From: Aplysia californica
Lineage: Eukaryota
Assembly (NCBI RefSeq): GCF_000002075.1
Contig: NW_004797854.1
Span: 4,704-68,703, forward strand
Length of the DNA stretch: 64,000 bases
Direction of reading: 5' to 3'
The notes under the pieces: model-generated
The model's input: only the letters and a program-made list of their open reading frames with translations
Databases searched by the model: none
Told to the model about the DNA's origin: nothing
Shown here: positions 13,421 through 26,600 of the stretch, in pieces
How the letters are laid out: the number at the start of each line of letters is the position of its first letter
How positions within the stretch are numbered: the stretch's first letter is position 1
Position numbers and translations under genes: made by a program

Positions 13421-14622
13421 TGCATAATGCTGTCTGGAAATTATCGATTCTTCTTTATGTCTGTATGTTTTTGTCAGTTATTCGGAAGATGGAACTCCAT
13501 AAAATCCCATCCTAACGTAAACACAGCAAAGTGAATGGAGAGCCATGAGAATCATGAGACATCTCAAATACAAAACCAGGACATTTTTTGGGGTGAAATT
13601 TACAGTGATTTTTGAAAGAAATTCTGCAAGCCTCTAAATTACTTTGAATTCAGTCTTTTTTCTTTTTCCTTTCAACTAGATTGCCCATTCTTTTCTCTGC
13701 TGAAAGCTACCCTTCATAGCACCAAAGGCTTTATAATTGGCTAACCTCATCTGCCATATCTTTTTATACTTTTGTAAAGGTCTGCCAAAATGTGCTACGT
13801 AGAGTTCAAAGTAAAGTTGAATGTTTTGGCCTGTAAAGATATTATCAGTGAAAAAGAACCCAAAATAATTTTTTGGAAAACTCTTGCCATTGGGCGTGGC
13901 AGCATTGTTTCCTATAAAATTCAAGGTCTCTGGTGCATTTTCCTCTCTTTATGTGTCCTTTTTTGCAAAGATTTTTATCATTTATGATGGCTCGGGCTTG
14001 AATTTTTCATTTTTGCTGTGTACCGTACTATTTTAACTTTTGTATGAGGGTGGTTAATGGGTGCTCTGGTTTGGTTTGCTTCTTCTTTCCTATCAAATAG
14101 TAAACATCTATCTTCCTGATCTCTCCTCCTCCTTTTTAGTTTGTTACTCTCTTGTAACACCTCTAATCTTCGGCACTTATATGACCTTATTGTGTTGCAA
14201 GTGCCGCAAAACTCATACTAAAACTAACTTTTTTTATAGCTATCTTTAAAACTGTTCTCTGGCTCTGAAGTTACATTCTGTTTAGTTTTTCATCTAGATC
14301 CATCTTTTACCATTCTCTTGTCTTCTGCAGAGGGACCTTTCAAACATTAATTCTGTATATTATATCGTCATCCTCGCCTCATTGCGTCACCTGTATACTG
14401 TGTATAATGTTTTCTACTAAACATTGACAGTGTACTTAACAGTGCAATGTTGTTCTACCAAGTTGGTGCTGTGATCCCTCAGTGTCATTTATTGTTCAGA
14501 CTAATAGTACTTTCACTCTACAGACTAATGTGAGCAAGATGTTTTAGGCTCCCCTCCCCTTATGTTTTCATTGTCCTAAAATGACTTTCACAAACAGCTA
14601 ACACACACACATATATATTGTA

Positions 14623-14803
14623 CAATCGAACCTGCTCTAAAGACCACCAGTCCAAAACAATCATCTGTGCAAACAACCACACCCCCCCCCCCCCCCCCCC
14701 CAATATCTTATGATGACATTGTCCGAGGGGACCACCTGACTGAGATGACCACTTTTCTTCTTGACAATGGGTGGTCAGTGGTCACCAAGAACAAGTTCGA
14801 TTG
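14623..14803. mobile_element. Tc1/pogo(Tigger)-type MITE
   Basis: TA|CAATCGAACCTG...CAAGTTCGATTG|TA. Related copies at about 48163-48343 and 48472-48560. Confidence 0.65.
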
Positions 14804-14868
14804 TATAAATGGAAACAGGAGTTCTGGTTGCAAAATTTTATCATAAATGATGGGAGTCAAGTGAGCTA

Positions 14869-14884
14869 TTTATTCACTTTTATT
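14869..14884 (-). terminator. Candidate polyadenylation signals of INTS8 (3' UTR about 2.7 kb)
   Basis: Two adjacent AATAAA hexamers on the minus strand (TTTATT at 14869-14874 and 14879-14884). Confidence 0.45.
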
Positions 14885-14977
14885 AACAGACATCAAATTA
14901 TACAAGTAATTCTGATCATACAACATAGTTCACAAATGATACCTTCTTTTCATTTGATACTGCATCAAATAACATAT

Positions 14978-15196
14978 TGACGACTGATTGCAAGAAATGA
15001 CCATGTCCACTTTTCAAAGTTTCGAGAAAAACAAGTTTGAAATTTTGATCTTGAAATCTCCATAACATAGTCAAAAAAGAAAAATGAATGTGACTATACC
15101 AAATTCAGCTATGGCTTACATATTTACAGAGGTAAAAGAGCGATTTCTCCATTTCGACCAAAAGTGGATAAAGTCACTTCTTGTGCTCAGCCATTG
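14978..15196. mobile_element. MITE with ATAT TSD in the putative INTS8 3' UTR
   Basis: Imperfect TIRs of about 36 bp (..CAAGAA(A/G)TGAC..TCCACTTT) flanked by ATAT. Confidence 0.55.
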
Positions 15197-15203
15197 ATAT
15201 ATA

Positions 15204-15252
<49 letters not shown>

Positions 15253-17605
15253 CATGAAATTATAAAAAGGCTCTCTTGTGATCAAACGTGGGATAACCCA
15301 CATTGAATCAAAGACATTTTTAAAGCAAAGGTCACATAGAGAAACAAACTGTCAGCTAAAATAACACAAACATCTTTGAAGATCAATATGACCTTTCAAT
15401 CATCTGCCACCCTCATCACCCCTTTTTATCTCTTCATGTCCTTGAGCATACACCATCACTATCACTCACACTCAATCACACCAAATTACCCGTGACTGAG
15501 CATTCAGCATGTATTTCTACATAACCTCAAAAAATTTTACACCATGGCCCAACACACATTTTGCATACTTGAAAATATACCCCCACCCCCCACCCTCCAA
15601 ACACATGTACACTTACAAGGTATCAAGGCACCATGTTGTCACAGTAACTCATAAATCAGCAATCTCATAATTAGAGAAAACAGAAGAAAAAAATACATCC
15701 ACAGCAAAGACAAAAGGATACAGAATAGAGGTACAGAATATAACGCACAAACTCAAAAGAGCAAACTCAAAAGGCAGTAAATATAGCTCTATTATAATAA
15801 ATTCTAAGACATTCACTCAAAACTTATAATGCACGTCTCGTTATCCCATGTTCTCATACTTGAAAACATATATTACACAACAACTTTTGGTACCAAAATT
15901 TTTAATTTAAAAAAAAGTATATTATATATTATATTGTATGTGCCATGAAGACAAAAAGTTGCTTTTTAAAATAAAATGACACTATTTTTAGACGTCCAGG
16001 GTTTTGCTCTAAAACTCTTCATAAGTAGTGAGAGGTATGATTTATGATTACATGTTACATGAAGACGGGAAAAAGGAGAACACAGTTTTTTTATAACAGA
16101 TCTATACTATGAACACAATATATTGTCAACATTAATTCAAGTAACAGTATTTCAAGCTAACTTTGGTTTCAGAATGTTATACAACAAAAATAAGAAAAGA
16201 ATAAGTATAGGAAGTGAACAAAAGGCAATTGAGTATATAACTTTTATAAGGTTATGAACACTGCGCACACATATATTCGATATATAAAAAAACCCCCAAC
16301 CCCACACTCAAAAAAATGCAGTACAGTGCCAAACCATAGGAACTCTCTTTCTTTCACTTTCTGTTGTCTTTCTCTCTCACACGTCGACTATAAAATTATA
16401 ACTAAATGAGGACCTGAAACAAAGATTATAGCTTTAACAAATATGTCATAAAAATTACGAATCTTTACCTTTCAAAACAAGTTTCTTCTTTCTCCCTCTT
16501 TATTTCTTCAATATTAAATCAAAATGTATCTAAAGACAGTTTTTTTCCCCCATTATGCCTTCATCAAAGGTCATTAAGGTGCCAGCGATGTGAAAGCCTG
16601 TTCAGTAGAAACTTTACACAAATATAATACTGCTGTTTGACTTAGCAAAAACATACATACATGATAAAATTATGACAATAATTGCCTAAATTTACCGTTT
16701 CATTTTAAGATTGCAAAGCTTGTACATTAATATTGATCGAATGTTCAGTTTTTAAACCATAAATAAGATGTCACAATCACTCTTCTCACTTCAGGAGTGA
16801 TCTAAATGAAAAGTGCAAAGGCAACTGGCCATTTCATGAGAATCTAGAGACTTAAAGTATCAGAAAACCAGAAATTTACAGACAATGCAACTACCTTAGC
16901 TGGTGCCTCTGTACACAAATTACTGCCACAGTAAGTTCTGTGACGACATGTGACCTGTCATCATTGCATTCCACCCTACACGAGTGGTCCCAATCAAGAT
17001 GAGTTGAGATGGATATGACTCTGACATGAGTCAGTTCAACAATAGAAATGACTGAAGAACTAAAGAAAGAAAAGAAAGAAACAAGAAACATGGAAATTAT
17101 GGTCTTGTCCAAGGGCTGGGCAGCACAAACATGTAGTTTAATCGTAATGACCACGACCCCCCCCCAGCAAAATAACTCAGGGTAAAATGGAGTAGTGTAA
17201 TTTGCCTTTTTCCTAGGCCTGTCACAGGAATGCCCTTTAACATGTAAGCAGATGTTACTAGTGTTCATGATAAAATTTGAAGACCCACATTTCCAAAGTG
17301 ATAAACAGCAAAGTTATTGACATCAGTACAATGAGATGCCTTAACCTTTCAAGTGACCTTTTAGTCCCCATGGAACAAGGGTGGCACTTGATGCCGAAGA
17401 ACTTAAAAGACATTACTGGACTATGGACCAGAAATAACCAAATGAAAGAAGAAATTTGGGAACATTCACTGTAGGATAGTTGAAGTTCCAGAAACATCCA
17501 GACATGAAACAAGCACTACCCTGAAGTAATATGGGCTGGTCAGATACAAGAGGTGGGCCGTGATAGCGTCGGGTATAACTACACTGCAGCTCAATTTACA
17601 GATTT

Positions 17606-20600
17606 TTAGCCCAGGTACTGCTTGGCTAAGGCCCTGAGGAATTTCGTCTTTCGTACATGGACAGCCCGGCGCTGAATCTGATCTGGGTTGTTGGAATTGA
17701 TGTCCATCTGACTGAGAGCGCGGAGGGCAGCCTGACGTTTGTCCATCTCTCCCTTTCGGGTGTGCAAGTGCACCAGAAATTCTAGTATACTGACATCCCA
17801 AAGGCAGCAGTAGTAGGCGTCCATGGCGTCGTAGACATTCCGTTCTTGCAAGGCTTTGAAGGCAGTGCTGTAGTCCACCTCGTCGAGGAATTGACACAGC
17901 ACGGCCACCTGGGTGTGGCACTGCTGATACGAGCAGCACTTGATCATACGTCGGTAGATAGTGTCGTCATAGATAGACTTGGGCACAGGACAGGTGAAGA
18001 AGTCGGTGGCAACCACACCTGTAACAAGGGCAATTTGAAATGAGACCATTCTACTTTACGGAACAACGAACTAGTTAACTAATAATAATTTAAAGAATTA
18101 AGAAAGCATCTTCGAATACAAAGGAAAATATTTAAAGCTTTTTTAATACTTTCTTTCATGAGGGAAAAGACTTTTTTTTCCTATAAGATATACTTCCCAT
18201 ACAGCAAATGAAATCACGGAGCACAATTTCCAGGACAGGGGTCAGTTGAAATATGTTTTATAGGATGGACATGTTCAAGTACAATACACAACAGAATTTG
18301 ATTTGATAGAAAATGTCCCTGGTCAGTATAGCACCACATCTGTCACAGCAAGACTATTTCAAAGACAGGATTCCACTTAAATCAAGTGGTTAGCATTTCA
18401 GAAGACTAAAAATGAAAGAAATCCCACTATCTTCGCTAGAGATTAGAACTCGGGACGATGGCTCTATGAAATAGATGCAATACCTCCTACTGCACAGTAA
18501 AAGAAATTACATTTTTTCAAAGAATGGTCAATAAATATATATATTTCCCACAACTACAACCATAGTTATCTTTCAACAACTTTCAGTATTTCAGAACATC
18601 ACTAACACAAACAAATAATTTCTAATGCTTATTTGAGAAATAAACAAATTGCTATTGTGTATGTTATCAATATATCAAAAGTTAAAAATAGATAAAAAGC
18701 TGTGTTGTGGTTTGGGACTTTGCCTTCTCATGCAAAAAACTTAGTTTGATTCCAAAGTGGGGAAAATTTAAATGTAATTACTCAGTCTTTCTGCTGAAAT
18801 GAAGTATCCTTTTCAGCCCAAGTTTGCCCTATATGATCTAAACAGTGTTTAAACAGGTATACTAAACCAGAAGAATAAAATCAGCTTACCTGACTCAAGG
18901 TAAAATTTCATTGCCGTAGAATGCTGGCCTTCTACAAAGTAGATGTCTGCCTGTGTTCTCAGCCAGGCAGGCTGAGTGGGGTCCACCCTCAAACTGTGAG
19001 ACAGTAGCATCTTCATGGTTTCCTCCACAGAAGACACGGTGCCAATGGATACGTTTATCGCCGTCGGCCACAGATTCACGTATTCTGTGTTAATCTCACT
19101 TGTGATATCATCCTTGAGGATGCAGTAGAGTTTGGTGAAAAGAGAAATGAGGATGGAGAGGAGCATAGGCTCTTTGATTTTCTGAACGAAGCTGATGAAA
19201 AGATTTCGTGGCAGCAGTCCGTACTGTTGGTCCCTCCTCATTGCACTGTCTCGAGTGGTCTGGGGTCGCTTGGCATTTCCTGTGCACAAAGATTGCATAA
19301 AAATCAGAAATAGACAAGGACAGAAATATCGCAACTGATAACACCTGAAAAGAAAGAGGGGAGAGCGATATATTTGATCTGATATTGCATATTTTGTGCC
19401 TCCACCAACACATTAAGATAATATAGGTGATGGGCTACTTCTACCCTGCCTGTCAGGATCAGTCTGGGGTTGAGAGAGACACAATACCTTCGAAGAAAGA
19501 CAAAAATACTCAGTATTATAGACCTCACAACCAGGGAACTGTGAAAAGCCTAATCATTGCACAACAGATGTCGATAAGAACAAAAAAAAAAAAGAAGAAG
19601 AATCAAGAATAAAATGAACTTCAAACTACACAAAAGCAGCATACCTGGTTGATACACTCCTAGGACAGCATCCCACAGCTCACGAGCTTGCTTGCGTACA
19701 TTTTTCTTTTGTACGATCTCTTTGACCAGGCATGCCATGAACCGGGAAAGCTGCAACAGTTTGAACATTCCAAGTTCATGATTTTGATAGAACATATTTC
19801 ATCAGATGTACTAAGCCCAAAATTTTGAATTTTAAAAAAATAGCCGTTTTCAACCTTTAGTATAGTTCGTTGTGCTCACTCAAGCAATAAGCAATATTTT
19901 GTCAAAATTCAAATGCTAAATGTTGAAAAAAGCAAGAAAAGATATGTAAAGTAGGTAAACCTGTTAAAAGAGTGAAAATGATTTTTTCTCGCTCCTGGAA
20001 AATTTTGCTTTCTGGGATTAGTACAATTGAACAACTAGCCATTGATTTACTTTGAATGATAAGGGAGCAACACCAGAAAAAGAGATTATGCAAATGAAAA
20101 CAGATGCTACTTCTTTTTCTTTATCAACGAACCAATAAACCCTGTTTGTAGAGGGAATATCCTTCTTCAGGAATGTCCTGCATGCAACTACAATACCAAG
20201 ACCATGGCCCATTTGCAGTAAAATTCAGAAACTTCTAGGATTCAATGAAAAGCAGAGAGATAGACAGAATAAACATAAAGAGAGATGTGAAGTGCCAAAT
20301 ATCTTACAGAATATCTGATTTATCACATATTTTAGGTTTTGAGAAAATTCAGGAAAAAAAGCACTCAAACCACAAGTGCTAGTCTTGTTCCAGAATATCT
20401 TGAGAGTAAAATAAATCTCACCTCAATGAAGCCATCGGCAGTGTTGCAGAGATCTGAGAGATATCCCCACTCCCGGATGTTACACAGGAAGGCTGAACAG
20501 TGCTCAATGACTTCTATACTGGGAGTTATATCTGGCGATTGAAGCAAGAGCTCGGGTAAGAAATAGAAAGACTTCAGGATGGATGAAGACGGTACAAATA

Positions 20601-23600
20601 GACTGCTTAGCGTAAAACTTCGCTAGATGCAGTTTTAAGACAGTAACATATGATAGAGTCCAGGAATTTTAAAAAAATCTGATTTTCTATAGATTCAAAC
20701 TGACAGAACATCTCTGGCCATGACATCAAAGAAGGCCTTGAGGACGCTTTAAAGCATTTTTTCCATACCTTGAGCGAAACTTATGAAATGCCAGGGATGA
20801 GGAGTTGGAGGCGAGGTAATGTTCAATACAAAAAGCTCTCTGATCTTTCCTAAAGTCAGCCAAGATCTCAGCTGGCAAAAGAAACTTGAGAAAAACAATA
20901 TTTGCAAACTTCGGTTGACTTGTTAGACTGCTGTAGCTCGCAATATGGCGCAATCGTTGAGACTTTTAGGAGCAGGCCTTATGCGAACTGGAGCGTCATG
21001 GGGACAAGGCTAAATATGGGTTGTTTTCTTATGCGTTATACAAAGCAAAACTATTCTGTGGAATTCTCTCAAATGAATATCAGACAAATTCCTTTTGGCT
21101 GCCAAATATAGTGTTCAAGTTTGAAACACAAAGCTTCAGTGTGGAGAAAAATATTGACAAAAAGATGATACGTTTTTTTTTTGATCACCCTGAATTTGGT
21201 TGTCCCCGTAGGACTATGCAATTGTGCGGCCGCATTTTTTCGCGTAATTCTGCAACACTGGCATAATTCGTCCCTCAAAACACGTACTAGCGTAAGCCAC
21301 ATTTTGTTAGTTTTGCAGGAGAGACGTTTAAAGATTTGAGCGATTTTCACCATCCCATTGTGGCGTCAAATATCCGACCCTGCCCTTAATATTTTGACAT
21401 AACGTGTGTGGTCCAATTACTTTTCAATTGGCTAGAAGCATCTTTGTGAGATTAGTAGGTTTTGAAGGAAAAATGACCTTTTTGTCCAATACGCTAGTAC
21501 GTGCTACATCAGTGAAAGCCTCGATGTGTGGCTTACGTTACTAGATTGTTGGATACGTTAGTACGTGCTTTTGTATTCTAAAGCATAATGCGTTCATTGC
21601 GTGGCTTACGCCTAAATGGTAACTTCCAAATAACAATAAAAATACAAAGAAAGATCGATTTGGTTTAAAATTCACGGGTTGTATTATCTGTAACAAATGA
21701 CAATGTTAACAACAACTCGGAATATACAGACGCCAACTGTACATGATCAAAAAATCAACTTAAAATTAAATAATCACTGCAGCTATCTACTGCTTAAACA
21801 AACGTTTCAATATGGACTATTCTTTTGTGAAACACTATCCTGTTTAATATGGGAAGCAGTGTTTTACTAAAAATAAAACAAGCTACAAAAAACTTGAGCT
21901 AGTAGATCTATGTGCTCACTAAATTTTCAAATTTGCAAAAACAAATAATATAGAATTCAGGGAACATTTCTACTAGAGTTAGAGCTCCACTTAGGCGTAT
22001 TGGGAACATGATCTTGCTGTACAGATGTAAATTCAATGACATATTTCAAAGACTAATAAGCAGTAACTCAGAAATAAAGTAGAAAATGTGAAATTAAATA
22101 CATTTTGTGTCATAACTTGACTGCCATATACTTAAGCTGGAGTTACACCTTAGCGAACAAAGTAAAATAGCTTCGCCCCAAAGGAGACCTTCACAGCCAA
22201 CTATAACTCATGGGGTAAGGAAAGATAAAAAGCTTTGTGCTCTTCCAGTTTAATTACTGGTGTGGGACCAGAACAGAGTGAAACCAAATCAGTTAATTTT
22301 TCTGTCGAAATGTTTGTTGGTCCTGAGTTCAGTTTCTGAAGTGCACAGTCCTTTACACTATTCTTCAGTCTCTTGAGGGACAGGCTTTTGAATTAAATGT
22401 CAAAGTGGCTCGTCTTGTTGTAGAAGACTTTATCTGGCTGTTCTTTAGTGACTCGCAGTTCCATGATATTGTTCCATGAAAATGTATCTTCCGTATCAGA
22501 TCCTCTTCGTGCGTCCAGGATTCTCAAGTCCTTTGATAAGCCTTTGAGATCCAGAAAGTCTTTAGACTGCATCTGATTCACCAGGTGAAGCTTTTGAGGT
22601 CGAGCGAGAGACATTACTGTTGCTACCTGAGAAGGAAGGAACAAATCCCCAGCCCTCTTCAGGGCATGTCCTGTTGCACTGTGTACAGAATCACCCTCGT
22701 TCTGACCATGGTTTGTTTCAAAGAACCTCAATGAAATCTCTTCAAGATTCACACTATTGTTCACAGTATACAACATCATCGAAGGTGTAATCGAATTTTT
22801 GTTCTGACCACTGCATCCATCGGCAAAAAGAAAAGCTTTTTTCATGCCACGGTTGTCATAAAATTCCAGGGCACGGTGGACTGTAGTTGAAATTTCCGAG
22901 GGTTCACGTTTGCTTTGCGTTTCATCCCAAGTGAAGCAGTGACAATCTCTGTTAGCAATGTTATAGAAAGTCAGGTTGTAGTTCGAAATTCTCCTTTTGT
23001 AAAAGATGGCGCTCTCCTGAGTCATAGGGAGGTAAATGACCTGCTGCAAATCAAAACTTGCACAGAGAATGTTTTCACTTTCCTGAGCTTCTTTCTTGCA
23101 TAGATGCTTTATTTCCCTGACCTTTTCTTTTGCTCCCACATGGATCTCAAACTTTTCCGTAAGACCTTTCTTTGTTTCTTCATTTCCTTGGTGATAATTG
23201 ACACAAAGAGAGCACTGGTCTTTCTTGGGTCGGTGGATTGACAGATTTGTACTTTTGAATACATCGTTTTATGTAGTGAAGCTTGATGGCCTTGTCCTTG
23301 GTATCCATTCCTGGATGAACATGTGGTACATGCTTGTGAACTCTTGTCCCAAATTCCTCTTCATTTTGGCTTCCTTCTGTTTATTTGATCTGAGTTTCTT
23401 TTCCTTTCTGAGTTCTTTCTCACTTCCCTCCACTGTGTACTGCTCGGGAACTGATCTTTGCATTCTTCCTCCCCCCTCATCAATGACTGTTTCCTTTGTC
23501 TGAAACTGATCGGGAGCATCAGTGTTCATATTCACACCAGTGGGAATCTTAAACTTTGAGGGCCTACCTACAGCTTTTACATGTTGTTGATTTTTTCCTT

Positions 23601-26600
23601 TGACCTTCTTCTGCTTTTTTTTCATGTTGAACTCACGATGCAATCTCTTTATTGAAATGATCAAAGCAAAGAAGGATTTCACAATCAGGACAAGCCGCCC
23701 ATACTTCAGCATTGCACCTTTTGACCTCGCATGTTCCAGGATTGAATTCCGGATCGCCATCTGAGTCGTAGCCTCACACTGACATTTCATCACTGCCTGC
23801 CTTACTAAGCATATCAGTGTCCTTGAAGCACATACATGCATCTATTTGTCCCTTAAAGTTCTCAGTGGCAGAAGGACACCCATGACTTTCTGCAGTCTGT
23901 AAGCTTAAGACTTCACCAGGGTTCTGAATGTCAATCAGAGTTTGAACAGTAGGGCTACATGTCAAAGAAAGAGTGGTTTTTCAGAGCGGGATCCCATTTG
24001 TAAACAAAGGACGAGTAAAAAGGGACTTCAAGAAGTGGAGTCTGAGCCTTCACTGCCTCACACGAAGCACGCTGCTCACGTGTGTAGTTTAGCTTGTCTT
24101 CCCGCTCTCTAGAAGTGCTGCATGATGTTTTTATTGCCATAGGCTTAGCCCTGGCAGTGTGGCTTACGTTAGTGTGTGCCGTATAATAAAAACACAACAT
24201 TGGGTCAAAGTGTGTGTCACGAACTAACGTAACCAACAGTGTGTTAGTACGTGCTGTATCTTTTTGTGGGCAAGTGGGATACGTTCAAACTGGAATCGAC
24301 TATATCTCAGCTATTTATTGCTCGATTCCTACCATCTTTTGAGAGGATGTAGTATCGGATAAAGGGAATCGCGTGATTGCTATAACTCGATTTCGGGTCA
24401 GATGTGGCTTACGTTAGTACGTGTTTAGAGGGACGAATTTTGGATTCCCCGCGTTTTTTCACGTTTTTTTCCCTTTTTTTCAAAAAACATTTAATTAACA
24501 CCTCGCCATGTGACTAAATGGAAGTAATCACCGTAATAAGTCACATTTAAGTGACAAGTTGGTCATTTCCCTTGTTAGAAGATCTTGGTTATGGGTTGGG
24601 ATTTGTTTCCTGAGCATGTTCAATTTTTCAATACATCAAAAGTTGTTGTTCTCATGTCTGCTGATGTTTCATGTTTGACAGGTGTCCCTGGTTTTAGTAA
24701 AGTGCCATCATCAGAGGTCCAGACGTCCTTTTTCGGGGGGGGGGGGTTTGTTGACATTTTCCTTTCCTCTATAGAGATCTAGATCTACAGCTGAAAGTTA
24801 CAGAGATTATATTTTTTGGTTGTTTTTTATTCTGACTGATGTGTATTGTTTTCTTTCCAAATACATGACAAATTACTGATACTGATATGTTCTGTAGCAC
24901 CTTTTGTTTTCAATTTTTCTGTACATAAAACATGAAAATTATGAAAATTCTTGCTGAAAAAATGCAAAACATGTCGCGAATGGTGTAACGATAACTTGCA
25001 TAATTTTTGCATAATTTTGCTTTTTTGCATAATATGGCCATCTAAATTTGCATAATTCTACGGGGACAGATTTGGCAGGCTAGTGGGTTAGCACGATGAC
25101 TGGTATTATATTTCACCAGGAAGCAGAACAGAACAACAGTCATCACCACCACCTACCAGATCTGCGACACTTTTCAGCGCTAATGTTTCTCCATGCATTG
25201 ACTATCGCTGAAAAAAATAAAGGGGAGCAGACCAAACCAGATGACCTATGAACCGCCCGTTTGATCAACTCTGTAGACAAGAGCACCACAGTCACCAGCC
25301 ATGTTTCTTTTTACCTTGACCCAGGCGTATGAGCGTGATGCACTGCTTCGCCTGCATGACCAGGTCCGGCATGCTGAGCTCCTCGCTGACCATCTGGTTG
25401 AAGGAAAACTGGCTCAGTTCAGCCAGCAGCACCTGCCAGCCCACGTGTTTGGCCCCAACGTATGACAGATCAGACAGGATGGACTCTGCCACACGGAGAA
25501 GCTGCCGTGCCCTCTCATAAATCTGTGAATTTGATTTTAGTAAATCACATCAACGTGTGTGGGCACATCCTAATGCTGAGGCAAGGAACAGTTTAGGTTT
25601 TAGTAAGGTTCTACGGCGCTCGCAACTGCTTAAGGTCATATGAGCGCCAAGGGGTGGATGTCAGAATAGAAGTCCAAACGGGGAATCAGGCTTACTCTGC
25701 TCACCTCTCCAGCCTCAACAGCACAAAGTCTGCTTTGACTATCAAGGCACCCCGGAAATAGCAGTTCACAAGAGAGTGACAAGCATACAGATGAAGTAGA
25801 GGAAAATGATGATAGTAAGGATGAGGAAGGGAATGGGGGGGCACCAACAGGCAAGTACAGGTAACACCAACACATAATAGTCATTCAGTTGGGAAAAAGA
25901 CAAAACAGAGCTGAAAGAGATGAATACAAAGGGATCAAGACCCAATAAGTAGCACCTTCCTGCCAACTGCAAAGGTATGGATGGGTCCGAAAGCATGAGT
26001 TTTTTTAACTTTATTAATAAAAATCCAGTCCTGCAGGCCACTTTATTAAGAATAGGCAAACACCCATTGTTCACAGAAATATACTGGCTACACAAAATAG
26101 AAAAAACCCAGTTGATAGAGTAATGGCAAACTGTTCAGTTCACGAAGTTTATCCCAGACAATGGCAGTACTGAAAGGTCAAGAAAGGGATCATAATTGGA
26201 GGGAAAAAAGTTACTTGGTGGGCAAATTTGTACAATTCAACATTGCCATCTTTTATCCATGAAGCAAACCCAGTCCACAAGAGAAAAGAAATTCACGATT
26301 TAAGTTGTAACTTATCTCTTCCTATACTTCTTCAGTCTAGCTTAAACGTGATCACACAGTTATACAATCCTAAACTATTACAAGGACATGCATCAAACAT
26401 TCCTCACAATCTTCTTTATGATGTAGAAACTGGTTTTCAGCTTACAGCCCACCAGTTCACATAAAGAAGAACAACAATTACGGAGTATTTTATTACAAAA
26501 AAAAAAAAGATTCAATTTGTAAGATTGGTCGGGATGAGCATTTAAAAGGTTATAGTGGTGTCTTTGCTTTCTCACGTGCATTTTCTTAAAAACAAACAAA

